DNA of 64,000 nt from Eukaryota sp. TZLM1-RC (taxonomy: Eukaryota > Protista > Metamonada: BaSk clade). A program made the position numbers and the translations under genes. Each line of letters begins with the position of its first letter. Positions within the stretch are counted from its first letter, which is position 1. The stretch is from positions 1,426,001 through 1,490,000 of the forward strand of contig JAUPSS010000005.1 in assembly GCA_040285825.1 (NCBI GenBank), in the 5' to 3' direction. Below the pieces are notes generated by a model. The model was not told the DNA's origin and did not search any database. It saw nothing but the letters and a program-made list of their open reading frames with translations. Below, one piece after another: positions 54,590 to 64,000 of the stretch.

Positions 54590-55738
54590 ATGACATCATC
54601 ACTGAGAGAAAGGTTTCTACTCACAACCAGCTCTCCACTACCTCCTGTTTCAACGGGATCCACATCTCCGTCTCCAGCCCTTGAGTCTCAAATAGCACAT
54701 CTTCATCAACGTCTAGATGCTCTTGAACACCATCTTTCCCACAAAAAACCATCTACCCCACGTTCATTCACTCCGTCCCAACCTTCTCGTTCTTTAGAAA
54801 ATGTGTCATCTTCTCTTCAAGCCTTACACCGTTCACACTGTCTTTTAGATAAGCACGTGTCCACTACTTTACATCACCATTTAGATGCCATAGGTGAATC
54901 TCAAGATAATATAGTCAGGAGTGTCAAGAATTATGCCATAGATAGTGGCAATGCTGTTAACGGATTAAAGTCGAAAGTTGATGAAATGATGAGTAGAATT
55001 GTTAATCTTGAGTCACATCAGCAATCAGTTAACCAATCAGTTTCTGATTTGACAGTCAGATTACAATCATTAGAACAATCAAATTATGATGTTATTGATT
55101 TTCTAAGGAATTTGGCTGATTATTTAGAAAACGAGAATACAGATTCTTCGCCGGAAAGTGAAGTGGTAATCAAGGCCAATCAAGATGCTAATCAGTCTCA
55201 ATCAGTTTCCAATGAAAATGTTACTAAAAATGGTAATCCTAACCCTAATCATAACCCCAACCCTAACCCTGTCCCAGTTAAACATCGTAGTAAGTCAATG
55301 AGTCACGTTATGGGCAATCAAACCTCTCAATCAGACCGGCATAGCAATCACTCAGTTTCTCAATCCAACCCTAATTACTTTGCCAATCAATCGTTTGATG
55401 ATGTTGATGTTTCTATTCATGATACAAAGTTTGGTTCCCAATATTTAAGAGACGTATGGACCACGTCACCATTACCATTGCCTGTGACGTCTGCTGATCT
55501 AACTACGACACCAAGAGATAGGAAACCAGAAGGTGATTTAGATCCAAAGGAAACTGATGATGTCGTGATTGGACCGGTTGATTTGGAAGCTGAACCAAGG
55601 TTGCCTAGTTATCCATTGCCAATCATACCTCAATCAAATTTGATTGATAGACGTAAAAAAGGGTTGTTAAAGTTCTTTAAAAGTTCTGGAGTCCGAAATC
55701 CTGTTTTAGAAAGAAGAAGAAAGGCAAATAGGAGGTGA
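54590..55738 (+). CDS. Hypothetical coiled-coil / low-complexity protein (382 aa)
   Basis: Long open frame from ATG 54590 (MTSSLRERFLL); heptad segments, Ser/Asn-rich region, NP repeat, basic C-terminus. Confidence 0.7.
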   Translation: MTSSLRERFLLTTSSPLPPVSTGSTSPSPALESQIAHLHQRLDALEHHLSHKKPSTPRSFTPSQPSRSLENVSSSLQALHRSHCLLDKHVSTTLHHHLDAIGESQDNIVRSVKNYAIDSGNAVNGLKSKVDEMMSRIVNLESHQQSVNQSVSDLTVRLQSLEQSNYDVIDFLRNLADYLENENTDSSPESEVVIKANQDANQSQSVSNENVTKNGNPNPNHNPNPNPVPVKHRSKSMSHVMGNQTSQSDRHSNHSVSQSNPNYFANQSFDDVDVSIHDTKFGSQYLRDVWTTSPLPLPVTSADLTTTPRDRKPEGDLDPKETDDVVIGPVDLEAEPRLPSYPLPIIPQSNLIDRRKKGLLKFFKSSGVRNPVLERRRKANRR

Positions 55739-55936
55739 TTTAATGTTATTAATTTATTTATTTACTTGATAATTTAATTATTGAGCTTTATTTGTAAAAT
55801 AGTACAGTGATTTGAAAACTCAAAGTACATCTTAATTTATAAATTACAATTTCAAACAAAATGAGTACAAATACAACAAAAACCTTCAATTAAATCAATA
55901 TTATAAATAGAATAAATAATATTACTGTTTTTCTTT

Positions 55937-56695
55937 TCATTTCTTTTTCCCCTTTACTTTTTCTTCTTTTTCCTGCTCATTTTCGTCATTGATTTCCTTT
56001 TCTTTTTCTATTTCAATTATTTCAATCTTATTTTTCATTTGATCAACTAGATTATCTATTGTTGATAAAGTTTCATTCTTTAATTCATCAACCAGACCTT
56101 TAATGTAATCCCTAATTACCATTTCATGCTCCTGGGTAACAACTCTATTTAAATCAGACAATTCCAACTTGTGAGTAGCAGTATTTAATGGAGGCAAAAT
56201 GGAAGTTGAGAAATTTGGAATAAGCATGGGGTAAGAGTTGGATTTGGGGTTAGGGTTAGGGTTAGGGTTAGATTTGTTTGAAGCAAGCGAAAAACATGAT
56301 GAAAATAAATAAAAATGTGGAGTAATGGTAGACTCAATAAGATTGACAATAGTTGTGCAAGTGTTAAAAGGAAGAAAAGTGAGTAAATCAGAACGAATAG
56401 GTTCCACACAAGATAGCGATAATCCAGATGGGGTGAATAGATGTGAATGTATGGCAGTAAGAGCTTGTGAGGATTGATCAATGGTGAGGTGTTGAGAAGA
56501 GAAACAAGAAAACAAATCAGCTATAAATTGAGAGAAGCAGGATGGTAGTGGTGAGGGAAGAAGAATGTGGATGTGGTGGCGAACGTTAAGAGCGGTAGGA
56601 AGTGAAAGAAGACCTTGAATGCGATCATCATTTGTACAGGAGAGCGGTTCATAGAATACATCCGGTGGAGGTGTTGATGACTTCTTTGGAGGCAT
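55937..56695 (-). CDS. Hypothetical protein, possibly CFAP119/CCDC189 (flagellar C1a-32-like)
   Basis: 252-aa ORF with ATG (MPPKK). IVNLIESTITPHFYLFSSCF resembles the I..Y...T...HY.LY...F motif of that family; C-terminal coiled coil with a Lys tail. The family call is tentative. Confidence 0.6.
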   Translation of the reverse strand: MPPKKSSTPPPDVFYEPLSCTNDDRIQGLLSLPTALNVRHHIHILLPSPLPSCFSQFIADLFSCFSSQHLTIDQSSQALTAIHSHLFTPSGLSLSCVEPIRSDLLTFLPFNTCTTIVNLIESTITPHFYLFSSCFSLASNKSNPNPNPNPKSNSYPMLIPNFSTSILPPLNTATHKLELSDLNRVVTQEHEMVIRDYIKGLVDELKNETLSTIDNLVDQMKNKIEIIEIEKEKEINDENEQEKEEKVKGKKK

Positions 56696-56703
56696 TATGA
56701 AAG

Positions 56704-57969
56704 TTACTTCAAAACGATATCATAACTACACAGACATTCTTTCTCAACTTTCGCATTCGTTGCTCGTGATAATGTATTGAGGTTTGGTTGTTGAATCGGA
56801 CTCATTGTTATGCCATCACCTTCAGAATCATTATCATTATCGCTCTGCCTTTCATGAGTGGGTTCAATAACATTTGTTTGAGACTGCCTTCTCTTGAACA
56901 CCTCTAATCTCTCTCTTCCAGCCACAATGTCTTCTGCCAACAAATGAATATTTAGTGCAGAATTTGTATCTCGATTCCAGAACGTTTTGCATTGATTGCA
57001 TTGCCTTAGAACCCATGGAACTACTTGTTGAGCTTCATAGTTGCCCAATTCATCCTTTTCCAAAAGCTTTGATATTTTCTTATTTTCCGGTCAGTGGTAT
57101 TTTTCAATTCTTCAACTAATTCTCTAATTGCTAGATTTCTTTGTTCACTCTTACTCATAACCTTGGTTAACCAACTTTCAGGGACTGTTTCTACCCTTAT
57201 CATTGCTTCTTCCAACTGTTCTTTTACTTTAACTTTCTTTTTTCCTTTTTTTTTGCATTATTTGAACTGTCCTTAAATTCCGTTTTTTTTTCTTTCTGAC
57301 GTGATTATCCTGTCTAGTTGAGTTTAGTTTTTTCGTAAAGTTGGGATCATCGTATTTGCATGAAGTTTCCTCGTTTTCTCCAATTGTACCCTTTCGAGCA
57401 CAATTATGGTATCTTTTTGAAGTATATGCCTCATTGACTAAATATACAAGGTAACCGGCTTGTCTCAATACTTTTCTTATACTTGTTCCTTTAGATGGAT
57501 ACTTTCCTTTCCTTTTTAATCCAGACTCTTTACTCCAATCACCAATGACTATCATACAATCCCCAGGTTCACCAAAATTTTGTTTAATTTTATGAATCTA
57601 CTTCATGACACCTTTTTGTTTTCCCTTGTGTTGGGAGAACCTTTCTTTTCGATATTGTATTTGGTTCAATAAATTCCAAGTTTTCATTCTAAAGATTTCT
57701 TTTGCATTAATATACTCACAAAATTCATCTAAATTGGTTGATTTTGATTGTTTTCTCCTTTGATATTCAGAAATTTTTCAAAATTTTCCTGTAACTTTCT
57801 CCATCATCATAGAAGAAGTACTCATCTTGCCGCTTTGTTGTATCTCTCCAATGTTTGAGATAATTAAGTGAAAAATTTCGTTCACCTTGAGTAAAAGACA
57901 AGAAATCAATATTATGTATAACTTCTTTTTTTTGCGCTTTTTCTTTGGCAACATGATCCAATTGTGCAT
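56704..57969 (-). pseudogene. Fanzor (eukaryotic TnpB-like RNA-guided nuclease) pseudogene, C-terminal ~two-thirds
   Basis: Read across frames: FLSFTQGERN...SKSTNLDEFCEYINAK...YRKERF...K*IHKIKQNFGEPGDCMIVIGDWS...PSKGTSIRKVLRQAGYLVYLVNEAYTSKRYHNC...RQCNQCKTFWNRDTNSALNIHLL...RER. TAG at 57598-600 and about three frameshifts; the RuvC-I region is missing. Confidence 0.88.
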
Positions 57970-58342
57970 TTTTTTAAATAATATTTATTTATTGAAAATC
58001 TTATAAATCAACATCTAAATAATCCATCTCTCCCAAAACAAAACAACTAGATGCAACACTCTTGTAGTGGGATCCAAGAGAAAGCAAAGCATCACAAACC
58101 ATCTTCAACATCCCCTTAAAAATAGAAAACACAATTTCATTTTGCCAACACAATTTGTTGAAATTTCTGTTGGTCCATTTCTTGACAACTGTTTCAAAAT
58201 ATCTGTAAAGCCGTATAGCCGTTGGAGCAAGTGAACCAAATAGAGAAAATCCAATTGGATACAAATGGTATTTTGCATGGGTGGACAATTTAAACAAAGG
58301 TTCACTGAAGGTTTTGCATTTTTTTCGACTCTTGAAAATCAA
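57970..58342 (-). mobile_element. 3' fragment of a second RLE non-LTR retrotransposon family with A-rich tail
   Basis: LYPIGFSLFGSLAPTA...F...W.N.IVFSIFKG is the typical RLE-domain C-terminus and parallels FAFSINGRLS.EA..F...WRSRI.F.I in the 48-51 kb element. The stop is followed by TTCAATAAATAAATATTATTTAAAAAAA. Confidence 0.7.
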
Positions 58343-58840
58343 AAGAAAATATCATTATAACAATAGTCACACTACATAACCAACCAATCAGGGAAACCAT
58401 TACCTTTCTTTCGGAAAATCACAGTTGATTTATCCAATCAACTGTGGTGGAAACCTGTCATTGGTATAGGTTATCTTGTTCACTGTATTGAAATTGAAAA
58501 ATGACTGTGTTGTTACATAAACGATGAATATTATAGTTGTCATGGTGAGCTATACTGAACGTTCTTACTGTGTGCTTCATTTCATTAATTAAATAACAAA
58601 TTACTCAATAAAGCTATTTAAACAAAAAGAATTCATGTAACTGGTTTACCAAATTACCATGGTCATCTCAAAGAATGCATCATTCATTGTATGTTGATAC
58701 TGTAATGGCGGTCTCTAATATACGAGGTATACCTTATTATTCGAAAACAATACTTCGATTTAAAAATGTAGTGACAAAAACACAATAATATTCATCAATC
58801 AAATTGGATAAGATTTTCCAATATCCACCACACCATTCCC

Positions 58841-59467
58841 ATGGTATATTTTGAACGTCAACGTTCTGCATTGTGTGCCGTACACACTGTCAACAACTTG
58901 CTTCAAGCACACGTTTTCAATGAGATCCAGTTTGCTGAATTTGCTGCTGCAGTCACCAACTCAGGCATCAGCACTACTGAAGATCATGTCTCTCTCGCTG
59001 GTGACTTCTCAACTGATGTTATTGCACAAGCACTCGATGTTTTTGGCTTATGGTTAGTTCATTTGGATTCATCCAATCCAGAGGCGGTGATGATCTCTTC
59101 TGATGTAAACAAAGCCAATGGGTACATCCTGAATAAAGCCAATCAACATTGGTTAGCTCTGCGTCGTGTGAATAACCAATGGTATGAATTAGATTCCTTG
59201 AAACAGAATGCTCTTACCATATCTCCATTAATGTTAGAATTGACAATTCATGAGTATAAGAGTCGTCATTATGCAGTGTTTATAGTTTGTGGGGAATTTC
59301 CAGATCAACACACACTACAATTCTATGACTCAGAACCTCCCACATCATCTGATAGTGAGTACGAGAACAGTGAGGATGAGCGGGAAAGAGAGAGGCAAAG
59401 TAGGTTGGTCGAGGAGGAAGAACAGCAGCTTGCTATTGCATTGTCACAGTCGTTGGTTGAGCGCTGA
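58841..59467 (+). CDS. ATXN3: Ataxin-3-like Josephin-domain deubiquitinase with C-terminal UIM
   Basis: YFERQ..ALCAVH.VNNLLQ (catalytic Cys), GDFS.DVI..AL, HWLALR (His), WYELDS, and UIM EEEEQQLAIALSQSL. Confidence 0.93.
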   Translation: MVYFERQRSALCAVHTVNNLLQAHVFNEIQFAEFAAAVTNSGISTTEDHVSLAGDFSTDVIAQALDVFGLWLVHLDSSNPEAVMISSDVNKANGYILNKANQHWLALRRVNNQWYELDSLKQNALTISPLMLELTIHEYKSRHYAVFIVCGEFPDQHTLQFYDSEPPTSSDSEYENSEDERERERQSRLVEEEEQQLAIALSQSLVER

Positions 59468-60180
59468 TTGTTAGTGAAAAGCAGTACTTATAGGAATATA
59501 TTCATTGTACAGTGTAAAATCAATTAAGCCAATGTTGTGGCTAGGGGTGAGTCTGGCAATAATTGATCATGTTCTCCTATTTGAATGACTATTGCTAAGC
59601 CATAATGGTGATCCCAATCATATCACAAGTTCTTTTGAACAAAAACAAAATGACAATTTTTCCGATTTCAACACTTTGTTATTATAAGGGTTTGGTGATA
59701 TCTGATCTTACACATTCCATGCAAAATAGATGTTGCTGTATTTGATTTATTAATAATAGCATCTGCTGGGAATAAATACTTTATATTATGCAGATTTTGC
59801 GACAAGAAATAACAACCTTTTTGTTTGGAATTCCCTAAAATCAAGCTGTCACATTGGCTGGTCTGATGTATTGGACCAGATATACAGTCAAAAATTTACA
59901 CACATTCAGAATAACTTAATGTTCTCTCAGCATATTAGAGCAACATGTATTAGATTGACTTTTTCCACAATTCAATTGAATAAGTAAAATGGGTGGAATA
60001 GCAACTACACACATTTTTATGCAAGTTTAAGTGATAACTGCTATTCCACTTTTAGAGAAACACATACAATTGTTGAATCTAAAATGGCAAATGTGGTTCC
60101 AAACTTTCAAGAATTGATATATTCCAAAACAAATTTTCCAAGCAAATCTTTATTCACATTCCACATCAATCTATCACTGC

Positions 60181-61023
60181 TTATTCCTCAACTGGATTCT
60201 TCTTGAGATAGAAGAAGAACAAGAAAATCACAACAAAGATAATGACATACCAAAATAGAGGGAAAGCTGAATGCCAGACAATCAAACTTAACATCCAGAA
60301 GAAAACACCAATGAGTAAAATTGCAAAAATGATGGTCAACCAGTTTCCAGCTTGTGGTTTCTTCAAGTAGACATAGACTTCACCAACACAGATCCAGATG
60401 ATCAAAAGAATAACAATGACGGTAATGACCAATCCCCAATATCCCTTAATGACGAACAACAAAAGAACAATGAAGATAATGGGGTAAAAAATGATTGAGA
60501 AGGTGAGAGCAGTATCAGTACCAAGGGTAAAAGTGGCCTTTACACGAGTGAATGTATTGACAGCGAACCAGAGGGAAACCATGAGAGAACCAAGGTCAGA
60601 TAGAACTTCTCCTGTCATTGTCTTTGTAGCACAGAGAATCCACCATCCACAGAACAACACGATGAGAGCAAAGATCAAGAAGAGCCAGTTCCAGGATTCA
60701 AGGTCATGACGAGCATTTTTGTTTGTGAATGTTTCCAATTTGACCAGCAAAAATACTATAATCACCACAACCACAATCAAGATCCAAACAAATGGATACC
60801 GAACGAAATCTTTCTTATTATCGATTCCACCAATCTGTGTCTGTGCTTGATCGAACTTGGTCCAGTCTGTTTCTGAAACGAGAGATCCGATGATCCAAAA
60901 GGCGACAAAGAAGATTACAACCCAGAGTAGGATCTTCTTGATTGCAGAGCGAACTGCTCTTGGTGATAGCTGATCACCAAGCTTTGTTAAAAGCTCATCA
61001 TCATGAGTAGCTAGATAAGACAT
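60181..61023 (-). CDS. Multi-pass membrane protein (~7-8 TM), unknown function
   Basis: 280-aa ORF with ATG and repeated ~20-aa hydrophobic segments. Confidence 0.8.
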   Translation of the reverse strand: MSYLATHDDELLTKLGDQLSPRAVRSAIKKILLWVVIFFVAFWIIGSLVSETDWTKFDQAQTQIGGIDNKKDFVRYPFVWILIVVVVIIVFLLVKLETFTNKNARHDLESWNWLFLIFALIVLFCGWWILCATKTMTGEVLSDLGSLMVSLWFAVNTFTRVKATFTLGTDTALTFSIIFYPIIFIVLLLFVIKGYWGLVITVIVILLIIWICVGEVYVYLKKPQAGNWLTIIFAILLIGVFFWMLSLIVWHSAFPLFWYVIIFVVIFLFFFYLKKNPVEE

Positions 61024-61710
61024 GTTGCAAGTTTTATGGCCAGAGTTGAAGGCAATCGCTACTTGAATGGTACTGTAGATTTTTACAGTGGTGTAGATAT
61101 CCTGCTGTCGTTACTGTCAAGGTCTACAGTTACCTTGAAATTTGGCAACAAAGTGCCCTTTTGAGTGATAATAACATTTAAACTTGAATTTTGCGTTTGT
61201 ACAATATCTGTAATATGGATTTTGACAATTTGGCCCAAACTTTTTAATTCCCCAAGAATTTGGACGCAGATTTGTAATATATCAAATCAATAAATTAATG
61301 AAGTCATTTTGAAGGCAAAAAGTGTCTTTTAGTAAACTTTTGTTTGAAAAGATTCGATCTCCAAAGCAAGAGTTTTTAGGTGAACAAAAACAATAATTTA
61401 ACTCTTCTATCACATTCATAGAAAATATTGAGAAACTGGAACCTTGATGTAAAATTTGAGAATTTCAAAAGTTGTTGGGCATTTTGGTTGTTCATTATGC
61501 GCATTATAAAACTATCATTAAATTTCGTGTTGGCAGACAGAGACTTCTTTTTTACACGGTTCAATGTTTTGAATTCACTCAATCAACAATATATTATCAT
61601 TTGTTATCCCCAATAACTGTTCTTTTATTTAAAATGATTAAAAAACTTAATATAAATCAGCTAAAATAATTTAATTTACAATTTAATTTAGCTAAAACAA
61701 AAGAAGAACA

Positions 61711-63072
61711 CTAATCATAAGCACTACAAAAAACAACACTTGCACCAAACAAGTGTGTAAATTCTTGTAAATCTTTCCGTGAACAGCAATGCCGAAACAC
61801 CCTGATGTTTGGCAACATCCTAACAATACTCTTCTTATTCTCCAACCAATTCCTGTTGGACACATCATACCCGGAACAATACAGTGAAAACTCAACAAGA
61901 TGAGGGAATGGAGACAATGGTAGAGCACAACGACATCCTGTACCCAACGATAGGCAGGCAAGAGCCGGAAACTGAGAGGGGGAAAACACAGGGACAGAGC
62001 ACGCCCAAAGGGTGAGTGAGCAAAGCCGCATGAATGCAAGAGACGAGGGTATGGTGATTGAGTACAACTTTAAAGTATGCACAGTACGAACAGCATCATG
62101 ATGCAACAATGAGGATGAAAAAGGACAAATGTCCAGATGAAGTGTTGTAATCTTCTTTTCTTTGGGAGAGAGATCAATGGATGTGATGTTTGGACAGTCT
62201 ATTATTTTAAGGGTCTGTAACTTGGATGTAGTAGAAAGGTCAATATGTGTAAGTGATTCAAGATCAAGAACTTCAAGACTTACTAAACGTTTATTGGTTC
62301 GTAGAGAAAGGAAACTGACATCAGTGGTATTGATAACTAACGATTCAAGAGAGATAAATTCAGATAGCTCATCCAAAACACTAGTGAAATGTACTTCTAG
62401 GTGCTTGAGATTTTGAAATATAGAAAGAGAACTGCATTTGAACACAGATAAATTGGAGACGGAGAGACTTGAGAGAGAGGACAAAGAACCAACTGAATCA
62501 CTAACATAGAGAGAATCTGTGGCCGTGTCAGAAGGAGAAGAAACCAAAGAGAGTTTACGTAAGGAAGAAGGAATGTGATTCAAAGTACACTGATTAAAAT
62601 TCGTGAGACAAAGACTAACGAGATTAGGGAAGGGAAAGAGCACAGAGGACGTAATGTGGAGGGTGGAGGCGTGTTCAATGGATAACTGACGTGTAAATCG
62701 TCCATAGATTAATGGGTCAATGGAACTAAGTGTTGCAGAGGGAACAGATAGAGAGAAAGTAGTAGAAGGATAAAGACAACGAGAAAGTTTCTTGAGCAGT
62801 TGGTAGGACTTTACATAATGAATGTTGAAAGAAGATCTGGTTAAAGCCTTGAGAGCACATCGTTTGAAGCATCGGCTGACTTTAGTCATGTTGAGAAAAC
62901 GTTGAAGAACATCATCTTGGAGAATAAATTGGTTGCCAGGCCGCCATGTAGACATAAGAAGTATGCCCCAATATGCTGACAGTACTTCAGTGCAAAGTTG
63001 ACTGTATAAGCGTATAGAGCGAGCAAAGCGGCACCGTTTAGTTCTGTCGTTGTGTGAATAACGACGATACAT
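61711..63072 (-). CDS. Leucine-rich repeat protein
   Basis: Repeated LxxLxL motifs (FPNLVSLCL, SSLRKLSL, NLKHLEV, SLESLVI, KLQTLKIIDCPNITSIDL, FPALACLSL). Confidence 0.8.
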   Translation of the reverse strand: MYRRYSHNDRTKRCRFARSIRLYSQLCTEVLSAYWGILLMSTWRPGNQFILQDDVLQRFLNMTKVSRCFKRCALKALTRSSFNIHYVKSYQLLKKLSRCLYPSTTFSLSVPSATLSSIDPLIYGRFTRQLSIEHASTLHITSSVLFPFPNLVSLCLTNFNQCTLNHIPSSLRKLSLVSSPSDTATDSLYVSDSVGSLSSLSSLSVSNLSVFKCSSLSIFQNLKHLEVHFTSVLDELSEFISLESLVINTTDVSFLSLRTNKRLVSLEVLDLESLTHIDLSTTSKLQTLKIIDCPNITSIDLSPKEKKITTLHLDICPFSSSLLHHDAVRTVHTLKLYSITIPSSLAFMRLCSLTLWACSVPVFSPSQFPALACLSLGTGCRCALPLSPFPHLVEFSLYCSGYDVSNRNWLENKKSIVRMLPNIRVFRHCCSRKDLQEFTHLFGASVVFCSAYD

Positions 63073-63202
63073 GGATCATTCTTCTTGTTCACAATATGAG
63101 AATTATAAGCAATATATTATCAGTTTTGATAGCTTCACTGGTGATTGACTTCATCAGAGCCAGTGAATTTCAATAAATATTCTTTATCTTTACTATTGTT
63201 GA

Positions 63203-63290
63203 CACTAAGCTTACAGCTTCAATTTGGTAAAATACATGGAAAAATACAAAAATGCTACAGATTTCCTGTAGTAAAAAGCTGCATTTAAGA
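63203..63290 (-). ncRNA. Candidate Fanzor omegaRNA scaffold / element right end
   Basis: Lies immediately 3' of the Fanzor stop and is conserved at 47684-47770. Inner hairpin CUACAG-N5-CUGUAG and outer stem UGCAGCUU/AAGCUGUA. Confidence 0.5.
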
Positions 63291-64000
63291 CAAATATGCA
63301 GGCCTATCACCAACATTATCCTCTACAAAATAATCTACAATTGCCTTGATGTTGATATTTACTAACTTGTTACGATTTGTACCTTATCCTTTACATCACA
63401 TTCTTCTCTACAAATTTCAGATCGACATCTCAATTGCACAGCAGGATATTTCTCTCTCATTCATGGCCTAGTATTCTCAAAATCATGAAATACATTTACT
63501 GGTTTATAACAAAAAAAATTCTCCATCGAACTCCTCTACTTCATCGATGATTCTTTAAATTCTTTCTCTTTTTGCCATTGTCACCAAACATTAGGATATT
63601 GTCTTCTTGCTTCCATTGCTTTTCAGCCATTTTTCAGCCATTTTTTAATAACTTAGTCTCTATATTCTGATGATCTACATATTTTTGCATTTTTTGAATG
63701 TGCCATATTATTAAACAGTAGTAATCAAATGTAGGTGTCGTGTTTGTCAGCTTGGAATCTACAAAAATATAGAATTTATTATAAATGGAAGATTTTGATT
63801 ATTCTTTTGATAAATAGCTTCTATTTGTTCCACTGTGATTCCATTTTGTATGAAATATTTTCTTTTTTTCAATTTTCTGAATTTTTGGTGAACTCTCGAC
63901 ACTCTTGACCACTTCAATTCTGTCAATCTCAGCCATTTATATTGTTTATCTCTTTTTAGTTGGTCTTTTGCATTAAGTTTGAAACTTTTTTGACTACAAC
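63285..64000 (-). pseudogene. Heavily decayed Fanzor pseudogene running off the window end
   Basis: Across frames: KWLRLTELKWSRVSRV..., NILMFGD, RGVRWR, LRCRSEICREEC, NRNKL..NIKAIVDYFVEDNVGDRPAYLS* (TAA 63285-87), i.e. the L.RC...C...NRD..A..NI..I......G.RP.YL C-terminus. Confidence 0.7.

Noticed and set aside
56246-56271. True telomere or chromosome end
   Set aside because: Only about four units, internal and inside an open reading frame.
56704-57969. Intact, active Fanzor gene broken only by sequencing errors
   Set aside because: Besides homopolymer frameshifts it has an in-frame TAG, a Cys-to-Tyr change in the first zinc pair, and the N-terminal/RuvC-I part is replaced by a retroelement tail.
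1-64000. Bacterial or giant-virus origin of the window
   Set aside because: Spliceosomal introns, Josephin/UIM gene, non-LTR retrotransposons, a solo LTR and AATAAA-type 3' ends indicate a eukaryotic nuclear genome; no viral core genes are seen.

Overview
This is an AT-rich genomic window from a microbial eukaryote (standard genetic code, tiny 30-31 nt GTATGT...AG introns, an ataxin-3/Josephin gene). The lineage cannot be fixed from the sequence; a metamonad-like protist is only a guess. Bases 1-44876 hold two tandem, paralogous giant type-I membrane surface-protein genes. Gene A is 5'-truncated, about 8,000 aa in the window, with one in-frame TAA at 265-267, a 1038-bp tandem array and a PSI-like motif. 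Gene B is 6,205 aa once a signal-peptide exon and a 31-nt intron missed by the ORF track are added, and ends in a Pmp-like beta-helix. The two genes share near-identical cassettes that suggest recent gene conversion or module swapping. Bases 45-64 kb mix small host genes (intron-containing DUF302 protein, Josephin/UIM deubiquitinase, LRR protein, membrane proteins) with decayed mobile DNA: several CRE/R2-like RLE non-LTR retrotransposon copies, a 101-bp solo LTR, a hAT-like MITE and four remnants of Fanzor (eukaryotic TnpB-like RNA-guided nuclease) genes. Two Fanzor remnants share a conserved, apparently covarying structured 3' sequence that is a candidate omegaRNA. Three Fanzor remnants directly abut RLE retrotransposon ends. 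All protein family calls are from motif recognition by eye, not database searches.
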